64,000 nt of DNA, taken from assembly GCF_028368995.1 (NCBI RefSeq), contig NZ_JAQNDL010000001.1, positions 3,808,001 through 3,872,000 on the forward strand, in the 5' to 3' direction. Source of the DNA: Nannocystis bainbridge. Lineage in GTDB: Bacteria; Myxococcota_A; Polyangia; Nannocystales; Nannocystaceae. A program made the translations under genes and the position numbers. The notes beneath the pieces are model-generated. The model had not been told where the DNA came from and did no database searches. It saw only the letters and a list, made by a program, of their open reading frames with translations. This document shows positions 9,184 through 19,475 of the stretch, piece after piece. Numbering within the stretch: position 1 is the first letter of the stretch; every line of letters begins with the position of its first letter.

Positions 9184-12100
9184 TCAAGGGACATGTGCGT
9201 ACAGCAACGCCAGGACACGATAGCCGGCCACCAGCTCCTCGGGAAGCCCGGACCCTGGCAGCCCGCGAGCGCGCGCCTCGGCGAACAGCTGCGCCAGCGC
9301 CAGCGAAGCGGCCGCGAACAGCGCGTCGTGCGATGCCTCCTCTGCCAGCGCGCGCTGGATCTCCGCGTTGCGGCGCCCCAGCTCCACCGACCACGCTCGC
9401 CCCTCCACGTTGCCCAGTCGCGCCGCCTGCCACGACAGGATCGCCCCCTCCACCGCCACCGGCCGCACCAGCGCCTGCTTCAACAACCCCTCGAACCCGC
9501 GCGGCCCCGCGGGCAGCCGGCGCAGCGGGTGCTGCTTCAGCGACTGCGCGCACATGTCCGCAAGGGCATGTCCTTCGATACCTGTCCGTTCGCGCATAAA
9601 CTCTGCGACAGGTGAGCCCGGCGCCGCGCAGCGCTCGCGGAACGCGTCGAGCCCGGCCCGTTGCGGCGAGCCCGGCGCGTGCAGCAGCCGCTCGCGCAGC
9701 GCCGTGCGGACCACCTCGCGGGCCAGCCCCTTCACCTGCGCCGCCAGCCGCTCGCTGCCCGCCCGCGCCCCTTCGCGCGTCAGCGCCAGGCGCCCGCCGA
9801 TCCAGTCGAGCGGCGGCGGCAGCTCGACATCGCTGATGTGCAGCCCTCCGCCCCACACCGCGATCTTGGCCGGCCCTGCCTCCACCCGCAGCGCCCCCAG
9901 GCCCAGCGCGTCGGCCACCGGCAGCACCGCCAGCGGCGGCCCGGCCCCGCCCGCGCGACGCAGCGGCGCCCGGCTCGGCCGCGCGTGCATCGTCGCCGTC
10001 CCCGTCGCCGCCGCCGCCAGCGGGTGCCCGGCCGCGTGCAGCAGCCGCGCCTCGCCCGGCGTCACCAGCAGCACCGGCCCCGCCAGCGCCCGCGTCCCCG
10101 ACCCCGGCGGCAGCAGCCCCAGCCCCTCCGTCCGCGCGTCCGAGCGCGACACCATCCGCACCGGCTCGAGCGTGCGCGGGTCGTAGCGGATCCACAGCGG
10201 CGCATCGATCACCTCCGCCACCGGCAGCCCCAGCCCCTCCGCCACCAGCAGGTGCGCCCGCAGCTCCGCCCGCAGCCGCGGCGGCTTCGGCGATGCCAGC
10301 GCCTGCTCGATCGCACCTGGCCCGAGGACCAGCCGCCGCTGCGCCTCCGCCGGCCCCGGCAGCAGGTGCCCCTCCGGCGTCGTCGGCATGTCCCAGAGGA
10401 CAGCTGCCCCGATCACCCGCTCGCACAGCGCCCGGCCCTCGCGGCTCAGCGCCCACGGCTCGTGGAGTGGGTCGCGCGAGCGGAAGGTCGTCCAGCGCTG
10501 CTTCGGATCTTCGACCACGATCCCGCCGACCTCGCGGCAGCGGACCAGCGCCTGCTGCAGCGTCACTGGCTGCCCCGCCATGTCGTGCCCGACCTTCAGC
10601 GCCAGCAGCGGTGACTCGTCCCACGCCAGCTCCGCCAGCTCCGCCCCGCCCGGCTCGCGCCGCGGCCGGTAGCGCACCGCCAGCCCTGCCCCCGTCAGCG
10701 CCCCCGCCTGCGCCCGCACCAGCGGCAGCTCCCACGGGCTCTCGTGGGCCAGCGCCGGCGCCAACAGCCCGGCGATCGCCCGCTGCGCCGCCGCCTTGCA
10801 GCTGTCCGCGATCGCGTTCAAGAGCCCCTTCTCGGCCCGCAGCCCGTCGATCGTCAGCGCCTCGGGCGTCTCGCCGACCAGCTTGGCCACCAGCGTCACC
10901 CCGGCGATCGTGCGCCCCGCCTCGCGCACGTGGGCCACCCGCCGCTCGTGGAACAGCAGCGCGATCGCCCCCTCCTCGGCCGACGCGAACCGGTGCACGA
11001 ACGCCTCCAGCGTCAACTGCACCCGCCCCGCCGGCGTCATCACGCTCGCCTCCGGCCCCATCGCCACCTGGCTCGAAGGCAATGAACTTTTGAACAGGTT
11101 TGAAAGGTCAGCTCGCTCGAACTGCGGGCTCTCGCCGAGCGCTCGCGCCGGCACCGGCCGCGCCTCTGGGATCGCCTTCTGCAGCAGCGCCAGCTCCGAC
11201 GGCCACAGCGCGAACACCCGCGCCCGGATCGCCTCCGGCACCGACGACGCCTGATGCGGCCACACGTACACCAGATCGCGGCCCTGACGGCAGCGCTGCG
11301 CCACCTGCTCGAGCGGCGCCGGCCGGCCCGACACTGTCGGCACGTGGCGCAGCTCGCTCGGCCACTGGACCGCGAACCCGGCCGCGCTCGTGTCCGGGAA
11401 GCTGTGCGCCCGCGCGTCGAGCAGCCACGCCGCCAGCAGCTCGCAGCCGGCGTCGATCGCCACCGACGCCTCGTCCGCCGTCAGCCGGATCCGCGGACAA
11501 TCGATCCACCCCGCGAACTCGGCCGGCGTCAGCCCCAGGCGGGTCAGCGCCGGCGCCAGCGACACCAGCCGCACCCCCTCGCGCACCAGCCATGGCCCGC
11601 CCTGCTGCGGCGCCCAGCCCCACGTCCCGATCGGCGCCTCGGCGGTCCCGAGCGCCACCTCGAGCCCCGGCAGCGGCCGCCCCAGCCGGAGCCACGAGCT
11701 CGCCTTCTCGCTCGGCTCCGCCCCCGGCAGCGCCGCCAGCCACAGCTCCGTCAGCGCCGCCTCCGCGCTCGCCTGGCGCGCCAGCCAGCTCGTCAGCCGG
11801 CGCCCGAAGCCCGGCCGCGGCCACTGCAGCTCGACCTCGAACGCCTGCGGCAGGCAGCGCCCCGCCGACCGCTGCTCGCCGTACGGATCCTGCCCCGCCG
11901 CGAAGCTGTCCTTACGGACATATCGCACCGCCCCCGCCGAAGTCCGCACCTCGACCGCCACCGGCGACCCTGCCAGCGCCTCGTTGACCCCCGCTCCGAC
12001 CAGCCGGCGCCACGCCGCGAACTGCCCCATCGCACATGTCCCTTCGGACATGTCCGAATCACCCTCCGCCGCCGCCAGCACCAGCCCGCGCAGGTCGACC

Positions 12101-12378
12101 CCCGTGAAATCGAAGCCGCCCGTCGCGAACGTCAGCGTCAGCGTGCGCAGCTCGCCCTGCTCCTGCTCCTTGGCGAAGCCACGCGCCCCGCTGGCCACCG
12201 CGTTGGCCGCCCGCACCAGCGGCTGCGTGAAGTGCCACGCCCCTGGCCGCGGCAGCTCGCGCAGGCGCAGCACCGCCTCCGTGCGCGCCACCGTGAACGC
12301 CCGCAGCGCCCCGCCCTCGCCCTCGCCCCGGCGGATCCGCGCCAGCGCCAACGCCACGCTCGGGTGCAGCTCGCTCAT
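9184..12378 (-). CDS. Large hypothetical protein, possibly a degenerate GHKL/HSP90-like paralogue
   Basis: Long ORF with host-like codon use; GWIDCPRIRLTADEASVAID resembles VWADSPNLRTTMARDKVVDD in the nearby ATPase. Confidence 0.7.
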   Translation of the reverse strand: MSELHPSVALALARIRRGEGEGGALRAFTVARTEAVLRLRELPRPGAWHFTQPLVRAANAVASGARGFAKEQEQGELRTLTLTFATGGFDFTGVDLRGLVLAAAEGDSDMSEGTCAMGQFAAWRRLVGAGVNEALAGSPVAVEVRTSAGAVRYVRKDSFAAGQDPYGEQRSAGRCLPQAFEVELQWPRPGFGRRLTSWLARQASAEAALTELWLAALPGAEPSEKASSWLRLGRPLPGLEVALGTAEAPIGTWGWAPQQGGPWLVREGVRLVSLAPALTRLGLTPAEFAGWIDCPRIRLTADEASVAIDAGCELLAAWLLDARAHSFPDTSAAGFAVQWPSELRHVPTVSGRPAPLEQVAQRCRQGRDLVYVWPHQASSVPEAIRARVFALWPSELALLQKAIPEARPVPARALGESPQFERADLSNLFKSSLPSSQVAMGPEASVMTPAGRVQLTLEAFVHRFASAEEGAIALLFHERRVAHVREAGRTIAGVTLVAKLVGETPEALTIDGLRAEKGLLNAIADSCKAAAQRAIAGLLAPALAHESPWELPLVRAQAGALTGAGLAVRYRPRREPGGAELAELAWDESPLLALKVGHDMAGQPVTLQQALVRCREVGGIVVEDPKQRWTTFRSRDPLHEPWALSREGRALCERVIGAAVLWDMPTTPEGHLLPGPAEAQRRLVLGPGAIEQALASPKPPRLRAELRAHLLVAEGLGLPVAEVIDAPLWIRYDPRTLEPVRMVSRSDARTEGLGLLPPGSGTRALAGPVLLVTPGEARLLHAAGHPLAAAATGTATMHARPSRAPLRRAGGAGPPLAVLPVADALGLGALRVEAGPAKIAVWGGGLHISDVELPPPLDWIGGRLALTREGARAGSERLAAQVKGLAREVVRTALRERLLHAPGSPQRAGLDAFRERCAAPGSPVAEFMRERTGIEGHALADMCAQSLKQHPLRRLPAGPRGFEGLLKQALVRPVAVEGAILSWQAARLGNVEGRAWSVELGRRNAEIQRALAEEASHDALFAAASLALAQLFAEARARGLPGSGLPEELVAGYRVLALLYAHVP

Positions 12379-12436
12379 CCGCACGCCCTCGCTCGCCGCC
12401 CCGCCACGGCCGTCAGTCTACCGCAACTCCGCCCCG

Positions 12437-13144
12437 TCACTCGCACACGAGCGGCCCGGCCACGCACTTGAGCTGCTGCGTATCGACGAGGATATACGGT
12501 CGCAGGCACCCCCACGCCGCGCTCGCCGTGTTCTGCCCCCTGCAGAGGGCGAACACCTTCCCTGACTCCAGCCATAGCGCCGCCTCGGCGTACTCATAAT
12601 TAAAGTCCTCGACCACCTCCCGGCGCGAGATCACGAACTCGCCCGCGATCTCGAGCGTCACTCGATCGGAGCCGAGCACCGGCCAGCTCAGCTCGAACGA
12701 GACCTCGCCGATCACGCGGTCGCGCAGCGCCTCGATCAGGCAGTGGACCCGCGACAGATCTTCCGTGCTGACCGTCTCTTCCGACTCCGGCGGGCCCTCG
12801 AACGAGAACAGCCCCGCGACCCCGTTCGACGGGCACACCACCGTCGTGTGGCCGCACGTGAACTGGACCGGCAACCCCTCCTCTTCCGGGCGCTCGGACG
12901 TCTCGAACTCGAGGCACGACCCGCCGGTCGTCGTATCACTCGTCGTCGTATCACTCGTCGACGTCGTGCTCGTCGGCGCCGTGCTCGTGTTCGTGCCCGT
13001 GCCCGTGCTCGTCGTCGTGCTCGAGGTCTCCGTCGTCCCGTCCGTCGTCGTCGTCGCCGCCGGCAGCGGCCCGCAGGCCAACCCGCTCCCCATCAACGTA
13101 CCGACGAGCATCACCAGGTTCGACCTCTTCGCGATCGTGTGCAC
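12437..13144 (-). CDS. Hypothetical lipoprotein with Thr/Ser-rich linker
   Basis: GLAC lipobox, poly-Thr linker, Cys-containing C-terminal domain; start approximate. Confidence 0.7.
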   Translation of the reverse strand: MHTIAKRSNLVMLVGTLMGSGLACGPLPAATTTTDGTTETSSTTTSTGTGTNTSTAPTSTTSTSDTTTSDTTTGGSCLEFETSERPEEEGLPVQFTCGHTTVVCPSNGVAGLFSFEGPPESEETVSTEDLSRVHCLIEALRDRVIGEVSFELSWPVLGSDRVTLEIAGEFVISRREVVEDFNYEYAEAALWLESGKVFALCRGQNTASAAWGCLRPYILVDTQQLKCVAGPLVCE

Positions 13145-13207
13145 GGTCCCGCGACTGTCGCACGCCCCAACTCCGCGCGCCATCTTGCGACCTCGCGCAG
13201 CGCGACC

Positions 13208-14857
13208 TCAGCCCGCCCGGCCGAGCCCTGCGTCGATCGCCTCTGCCACCCGCTCCGGCGGAGGCCCCTCGCTCAGCTGCGCGCGGATCGCCAGCGCCAG
13301 CCCGCGTCCCGCCGCTCGCGGCTCGGCCGGATGGCTCTTCGCCGCCGCCCGCAGCAGTGGTTCACCGGCGTCGAGCCACAGCGGCGTCGCCCGCCAGCAC
13401 GCCCCCGCCAGCGGCTGACCTGTCCACAAGACCAGCACCCCCTCCGGGCTGCGGCCCAGCTCCACCCCCACGCCGCCGCGCGGCGACTCGCTGCCTGGCT
13501 CCGTCCCCACCCGCAGCTGCACCGGCGCCCCCGCGGCCTGCAGCCCGGCCTCGACCGCCGCTCGCAGCGGCTCTGCCTCGCCCGCCGCCTCGCCGACCAG
13601 CGCGCAGCAGCGGCCGAGCTCGGCCAGCGTCAGACCTGTCCCTTCGACCAGGCGCCCCAACCACTCGAGATCGCCCGCCTCCGCCGCCAGCACCGGCACC
13701 CCGGCCGCCCCGGCCGCCGCCAGCAGCCGCTCCGTCGCCGCCTCGTTCGTCCCCGGCGGCGCCCACAGCAGCGGCCGCCCTGCGGCTTGCAGCTGCCCCA
13801 GCGTCAGCGCCCGCCCCCCTGCCAGGTCGCGCAGCACCGGCCGCCCGCTTAGGCTCGCGCCGAGGTGGCCGCGCTCGCGGGCCAGGTGCGCGTGCAGGTA
13901 CGCGTAGTGGTCGTGGCGCGCGCGCGTCCACGGCCCCGGCTCGGCCGCCGCCTCGGCTGTCCTTTCGACCAGGCGCTCGCGCAGCCCCGCGATCGCCTGC
14001 GCGATCTTCCCCAGCACCGCCGCGCGGCCCGGGTCGTCGACCACCTTGTCGCGCGCCATCGTCGTGCGCAGGTTCGGCGAGTCGGCCCAGACTTGCAGGT
14101 GCTCGAGCGTCGGCCCTGGCGGCGGCTGCAGGTCGGCCAGCAGATCCGCGGCTGTCCCTTGAGACAGCACCAGACCGCGCCGCAGCATCACCGCCGCCGG
14201 CGGGACCGCGAACGCCACGTGGATCGCCCCGTCGGCCTGGGCCTCCACCGCCGCCAGCGCCCCTGGCGGCGCCGGAGCGTCCTGGATCAGCTCCGGACCC
14301 TCGCCGCCGGCCACGTCCTCGAACGACAGCTCGAGCCTGCAGAACCGGCACCAGCGCCACAGGCTGTCGCGCACCGCCTCGGCGATCGGGCCGCGCTCGG
14401 GCGCCCGGCCGCGGCGCAGCAGCGTCACCGTCGTGCCCTCGAACGGCTCCGCCAGCGCGCGCTTGTCGAACCGGCGGTCGGCGTAGAACGTCAGCTCCCA
14501 CGCCTCGCCCGCGCGGCCCGTCTGGACCACCACCGCCTCGGGCTGCCACGCGAACACGCTGACGAAGCCGATGCCGAACCCGCCGGCCATCGTGCGGTCG
14601 TCGGCCTTGGTCGACGCGAACAGCCGCGTCAGCCCGCCGTCGACGATCGCCTCGTCCATGCCCGCGCCGGCGTCGGCCACCCGCAGCTCGAACACCACCT
14701 CGTCGGGGTCGGCCGACTCGCCCGGGTGGACGTCGAGCGCCACCTCGGCGCGGTCGCTGCCCGCGTCGAGGGCGTTCTGGACCAGCTCGCGCAGGAAGTC
14801 GTACGGCCCCTCGAACTGCGCGACCAGTCGGTCGAGCAGCGCGGCGACGTCGCTCAC
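13208..14857 (-). CDS. HSP90-like GHKL ATPase
   Basis: FLRELVQNALDAG (N box), DAGAGM (G1), GGFGIGF (G2), GTTVTL. Confidence 0.88.
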   Translation of the reverse strand: MSDVAALLDRLVAQFEGPYDFLRELVQNALDAGSDRAEVALDVHPGESADPDEVVFELRVADAGAGMDEAIVDGGLTRLFASTKADDRTMAGGFGIGFVSVFAWQPEAVVVQTGRAGEAWELTFYADRRFDKRALAEPFEGTTVTLLRRGRAPERGPIAEAVRDSLWRWCRFCRLELSFEDVAGGEGPELIQDAPAPPGALAAVEAQADGAIHVAFAVPPAAVMLRRGLVLSQGTAADLLADLQPPPGPTLEHLQVWADSPNLRTTMARDKVVDDPGRAAVLGKIAQAIAGLRERLVERTAEAAAEPGPWTRARHDHYAYLHAHLARERGHLGASLSGRPVLRDLAGGRALTLGQLQAAGRPLLWAPPGTNEAATERLLAAAGAAGVPVLAAEAGDLEWLGRLVEGTGLTLAELGRCCALVGEAAGEAEPLRAAVEAGLQAAGAPVQLRVGTEPGSESPRGGVGVELGRSPEGVLVLWTGQPLAGACWRATPLWLDAGEPLLRAAAKSHPAEPRAAGRGLALAIRAQLSEGPPPERVAEAIDAGLGRAG

Positions 14858-14910
14858 GCTCGCCCGACCTGTCGTTTGGGACCTGTCCGTGAGAACATGT
14901 CCTCAGTCAC

Positions 14911-15450
14911 TCATGTCTCTTCGGCCAGCAGCGCCGCCAGCTCCGGGTCGGCCGCCAGCAGGCCGCGCACGTCGCCGGCGATGTCGAGCTCGAGCGGCGA
15001 GTTGACGGCCGGGCGCCCGCGCAGGCCCCAGATGCGCTTCGACTGGTAGCGGACCGCCCCGAGCGGGTCGCCGTGCAGCATGATGCAGCTGTCGAGGCCG
15101 GCGTCCGGCTCGCACGTCTCGGTGCGGATCTTCACGGACTTGTCGTCCTGCAGCAGGCGCATGTGGGCCCGGCCCTCGTGCTCGTCGGGCTGCCACTCGA
15201 ACAGCTCGAACGAGCCCCGCAGCAGCGAACCCTTGTAGAGCGCGCCGAATTGGCGCCGGCCGCGGGCCTCGAACACCACCAGGGCGCCGACGGTGTCGCC
15301 CGCCTTCTTGGGCACCTGGGTCAGCCACACGCGGTTCGTGAGCGGCAGCCGGTCCTCGGCGTCCTCTCCGCCGCACGCGGCCATGGGTGTCAGGGAGACC
15401 CCGAAAAGCGCCAGGGTCGCAGTTTGCAGAGTGCGCGTAAAGCTGGTCAC
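14911..15450 (-). CDS. Hypothetical lipoprotein
   Basis: Signal peptide ending MAAC; host-like codon use. Confidence 0.7.
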   Translation of the reverse strand: MTSFTRTLQTATLALFGVSLTPMAACGGEDAEDRLPLTNRVWLTQVPKKAGDTVGALVVFEARGRRQFGALYKGSLLRGSFELFEWQPDEHEGRAHMRLLQDDKSVKIRTETCEPDAGLDSCIMLHGDPLGAVRYQSKRIWGLRGRPAVNSPLELDIAGDVRGLLAADPELAALLAEET

Positions 15451-15473
15451 GGTGCGCTATGGTCGCAACAGTC

Positions 15474-16628
15474 ATGGTTCGTCGCAAGCGTTCCGCAACA
15501 GTTCCCTGCTTTGGCCCGTTGCTCGTGCTCGGGGCCGCTATCGCGGCAGCCGGCTGCGAAGGAGGCGCCGGCAAGGCCTCCCCAACTCCTGCCGTCGCGA
15601 GCAAGTCCGAGAGCAAGTCCGACGCGCCCAAGAAGAAGGCGAGCCGGCCGGTGCCCTCGGCCGCGCAGCTGCTCGATACCGCCAAGAAGTACTTCGCGCC
15701 GCTGCCCGCCTCCGCTGATTCGCCGAACAACCCGATCACCCTCGAGAAGGTCGCGCTCGGCCGGATCCTCTACTACGACACGCGCCTGTCGAAGAACCAC
15801 GACCTGTCGTGCAACAGCTGCCACAAGCTCGACGAGTACGGCGTCGACCACGAGGCGACCTCGCCCGGCCACAAGAAGCAACGCGGCGAGCGCAACACCC
15901 CGACCGTCTACAACGCGGCCATGCACATCGCCCAGTTCTGGGACGGCCGCGCCACCGACGTCGAGGACCAGGCGCTCAAGCCGGTGACGAACCCGGTCGA
16001 GATGGCGCTGGCCGACGAGGCCGCCTGCGTCAACTCGGTCAAGTCGGTGCCCGGCTACGCCGACCTGTTCAAGGCCGCCTTCCCGGCCGACCCCGACCCC
16101 TGCAACCCGCGCAACATCTCGCTGGCGATCGGCGCCTTCGAGCGCGGCCTGGTCACCCCCGCGCCGTTCGACGACTTCCTGGGCGGCAACATGACCGCGC
16201 TCAGCTCCGACGCCCTCCGCGGCCTCGAGCTGTTCATCGAGCTCAACTGCGTCAGCTGTCACACCGGCCCGACGCTCGGCGGCACGATGTACCAGAAGCT
16301 CGGCGCCGTGAAGCCGTACGAGTCGAAGGACGTCGGCCGCTTCAAGGTCACCAACAAGCCCGAGGACAAGTTCGTGTTCAAGGTCCCCGGCCTGCGCAAC
16401 GTCGCCAAGACCGCGCCCTACCTGCACGACGGCTCGGCCAAGGAGCTCGGCGACGCGCTCGACGTCATGGCCGAGTACCAGCTCGCCAAGGGCAAGCTTT
16501 CGGACGAGGAGAAGACCTACCTGATCGCCTTCCTCGACAGCCTCACCGGCAAGATCGACATGGACTACATCAAGCTGCCGGACCTGCCGATCAGCGGCCC
16601 CGACACCATCAAGCCCGACCCGAACTGA
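15474..16628 (+). CDS. Di-heme cytochrome c peroxidase (CcpA/MauG family), lipoprotein
   Basis: LGR.LYYD.RLS, CNSCH, RNTPTVYN, QFWDGRA, CVSCH, FKVPGLRNV..TAPY.HDG. Confidence 0.95.
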   Translation: MVRRKRSATVPCFGPLLVLGAAIAAAGCEGGAGKASPTPAVASKSESKSDAPKKKASRPVPSAAQLLDTAKKYFAPLPASADSPNNPITLEKVALGRILYYDTRLSKNHDLSCNSCHKLDEYGVDHEATSPGHKKQRGERNTPTVYNAAMHIAQFWDGRATDVEDQALKPVTNPVEMALADEAACVNSVKSVPGYADLFKAAFPADPDPCNPRNISLAIGAFERGLVTPAPFDDFLGGNMTALSSDALRGLELFIELNCVSCHTGPTLGGTMYQKLGAVKPYESKDVGRFKVTNKPEDKFVFKVPGLRNVAKTAPYLHDGSAKELGDALDVMAEYQLAKGKLSDEEKTYLIAFLDSLTGKIDMDYIKLPDLPISGPDTIKPDPN

Positions 16629-16647
16629 TCGGAACGTCGCGCCCGCC

Positions 16648-16690
16648 GAGTCCCGCGCAGCAGCCCATGCCGCGCGGGACTCTTCGTCTT
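16648..16690 (+). terminator. Putative intrinsic terminator
   Basis: GAGTCCCGCGC / GCGCGGGACTC stem followed by TTCGTCTT. Confidence 0.55.
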
Positions 16691-16950
16691 CGTGGCATCG
16701 GCCCGGCCGACGGGCCGCCGGCGAGCCTGCAGCGACCCGCTGCAACCGGTTCGATCACGCGCGTCGCCACCGAGGACATACCCTGTCCTCGAGGACACAT
16801 TGTTCATCGCCCCTGGACGCGGGCCCGCAGCCCGCGAGCCCGAGCCCGTCCGCGCGACATGTCCCTTCGAACATATGCCATCCATGCCGTGACCGCGGCA
16901 TCGCTGTCACACTTGACCCCCCTCGCCCGGCCGGCTAACCCCGTCCTGGT

Positions 16951-17565
16951 ATGCGTTCCCTTATTTTTGGCTTCTCCGCGCTCCTCCTCCTCGCCGCCGC
17001 CCCGGCCTCCGCCGCCGAGTTCGTCACCACCAGCGACACCGACTTCGAGCCACCCTCGGTCGTCATCGTCTCGCCCGCCGACGGCAGCAGCTTCGACGGC
17101 ACGCCCGACGCCGTCGTCCCCGTCACGATCGAGCATCAGGGCTACCCGAGCCCGACCGACGTCTCGCTGTGGATCGACGAGGCCGAGGTCGGCGCCTGCC
17201 CCGAAGCGCCGCCGTGCACGTTCGAGGCGACCCTGGCCCCCGGCACCCACGTGCTGAAGGCCGTCGGCAACGACGTCATCGCCGGGACCGACGTCCACGA
17301 GATCACGATCGAGGTCAAGGCCACCAGCGCCGAGACCGAGTCCGGCAGCGACACCGACACCGACCCGACCGGCCAGCCCACCGGCACCGGCGCCGACACC
17401 GACGCCACCGACACCGACGCCACCGACACCGAGAGCGACAGCAGCGGCAGCGGCGACGGCGACAAGCAGGGCTGCGGCTGCAACGCCGGCCCGGGCGCCG
17501 CCGACGTGCTGGGCCTGGCCCTGTTCGCCCTGTTCGCCCCGTGGCGCCGCCGGCGTCACGCCTGA
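16951..17565 (+). CDS. Secreted Ig-like domain protein with MYXO-CTERM-type sorting signal
   Basis: Signal peptide, P.V.IVSPADG Ig-like start, D/T linker, GCGC + hydrophobic helix + RRRR. Confidence 0.8.
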   Translation: MRSLIFGFSALLLLAAAPASAAEFVTTSDTDFEPPSVVIVSPADGSSFDGTPDAVVPVTIEHQGYPSPTDVSLWIDEAEVGACPEAPPCTFEATLAPGTHVLKAVGNDVIAGTDVHEITIEVKATSAETESGSDTDTDPTGQPTGTGADTDATDTDATDTESDSSGSGDGDKQGCGCNAGPGAADVLGLALFALFAPWRRRRHA

Positions 17566-17580
17566 GCGCCAGGACGAGCC

Positions 17581-19209
17581 ATGCGATCCGCGAGCGCCAG
17601 CTCCGACTCGACCCGCCGCGCCACCGAGCGAGCGCCCGGGCACGGCGAGCGCGCAGCGATCGGCCTCCTGCTGCTCGGCATCTTCGCGGTCGCCTGCGCG
17701 CCCGAGCCCGCGGCGCCACCTGTCCCCGAGGCCATGGTCCGCCGCCTCACCGCCTTCGAGTACGCCAACACCGTGCGCGACGTCCTCGGGGTCGAGGCAT
17801 CACTCGCGCGCGAGTTCCCCGGCGATCCGCCAGCGCTCGGCTTCGACACGGTGGCGACCTCGCAGCCCCCCTCTTCGCTGCTGGTCCAGATCTTCCAACA
17901 CTCGGCGGAGTCGATCGCCGACGCGACCCTGCGCTCCGAGTCGGCCCGGGCGGCGCTGCACGTGTGCACGCCCGCGCCCGCCGATCCGTCGCCGTGCCTG
18001 CGCGCGATCGTCGAGTCGCTGCTCACGCGCGCGTGGCGGCGCCCGCCCGAACGCGCCGAGCTCGAGCGCTACTTGGCCCTCATCGAGCCCGCCGAGCTCG
18101 ACGCCGGCCTGCGCCTCGTGATCGAGGCCGCCTTGCTGTCGCCGCAGTTCACCTTCCGCTGGGAGCGCGACGCCGGCGCGCCGGGCGAGTCGCACTGGCT
18201 CGACGACCACGCCCTCGCCGTGCGCCTCTCCTACTTCCTGTGGAGCAGCGCGCCCGACGACGAGCTGCTGGCGCTGGCCGTCGTCGGCCGCCTGCAGGAC
18301 GCGTCGGTGCTGGCCGAGCAAGTCGAGCGCATGCTCGCCGACCCACGCGCGGCCGGCTTCGTCGACGGCTTCGCCGGCCAGTGGCTGCACTTCCGCGGCC
18401 TCGACGACATCTTCCGCGACGCCCACCGCTACCCGCGCTACGACGAGGCCGTGCGCGACTCGATGCGCGAGGCGATGCGCCGCCGCTTCCGCGAGTTCCT
18501 GGTCCCCGGCCGCGACCTCCGCGACCTGCTGCTCGACACCCACGCCCACGTCGACGCCGAGCTGGCCGCGCTCTACTACCTGCCCGACGAGGTCGCCGTC
18601 GGAGAATTCACGCGCATCGACCTCGGCCCGCACAAGCGCCGCGGCCTGCTCACCGAGCCAGGCCTGATGACCGTGCTCGCCTATCCGTTCGCCAGCGCCC
18701 CGACCCGCCGCGGCCGCTTCGTGCTCGAGCAACTGCTGTGCTCGCCCCTACCGCCGCCCCCGCCCGAGGCCGCCGCCCAGCCGGTGAGCGACGCCAGCAC
18801 CGCCCGCGAGCGCCTCGCCCACCACCGCGCCGATCCGGCCTGCGCCGGCTGCCACGCGATCCTCGACCCCATCGGCCTCGCCTTCGAACACTTCGACGCC
18901 GTCGGCGCCTGGCGCGGCAGCGAACACGGCGAGCTCATCGACGCCGCCGGCGAGCTGCCCACCGGCGAGCGCTTCGCCGACGTCCGCGAGCTGGCGGCGA
19001 TCGTCGCCGACGACCCCCGCTTCCCCCGCTGCGTCGCCACTCATGTCCTGACCTACGCCCTCGGCCGCCCGCTGGTCGCCGAGGACCAACCCGTCCTCTC
19101 GAACATTTATAAAAAGTTCATCGCCGCCGACCGCGACCTGGTCGCGCTGATCGTGGCCGTGGTCCAGAGCGATCCGTTCCGGGCCCGCCGCGCCCAGGAG
19201 GCCCCATGA
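17581..19209 (+). CDS. DUF1592/DUF1588-family (PSD) protein, lipoprotein
   Basis: RRLT..EY.NTVRD.LG, L.SPQF.FR.E, LA.RLSYFLWSSAPD, CAGCH, DPIG.AFE.FD. Confidence 0.88.
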   Translation: MRSASASSDSTRRATERAPGHGERAAIGLLLLGIFAVACAPEPAAPPVPEAMVRRLTAFEYANTVRDVLGVEASLAREFPGDPPALGFDTVATSQPPSSLLVQIFQHSAESIADATLRSESARAALHVCTPAPADPSPCLRAIVESLLTRAWRRPPERAELERYLALIEPAELDAGLRLVIEAALLSPQFTFRWERDAGAPGESHWLDDHALAVRLSYFLWSSAPDDELLALAVVGRLQDASVLAEQVERMLADPRAAGFVDGFAGQWLHFRGLDDIFRDAHRYPRYDEAVRDSMREAMRRRFREFLVPGRDLRDLLLDTHAHVDAELAALYYLPDEVAVGEFTRIDLGPHKRRGLLTEPGLMTVLAYPFASAPTRRGRFVLEQLLCSPLPPPPPEAAAQPVSDASTARERLAHHRADPACAGCHAILDPIGLAFEHFDAVGAWRGSEHGELIDAAGELPTGERFADVRELAAIVADDPRFPRCVATHVLTYALGRPLVAEDQPVLSNIYKKFIAADRDLVALIVAVVQSDPFRARRAQEAP

Positions 19210-19475
19210 GCCTCTTCTTCAAGGCGCCGGCGCGCACACATCACCTGTCCTCTCGGACATTTGATTCGTCACCCCCGCGCGCGACTCCTCCATCCTCACA
19301 TGTCCTCGCGGACATCCCATCCGGAGGCCCCATGAGCCTCCCCTTCAAAGCGCCTGCTCGCGCAGCTCGCCTGTCCTCTCGGACATTTGATTCATCGCCC
19401 CCGTGCGCGACTCCTCCGCGCATGGCTCGCACATCTCACCTGTCCTCTCGGACATCTCATCAGGAGGCCCCATGA
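19195..19475 (+). repeat. Triplicated GGAGGCCCCATGA gene junction (126- and 140-bp units)
   Basis: ATG at 19206, 19332, 19472; each unit carries TGTCCTC(T/G)CGGACA. Confidence 0.85.
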
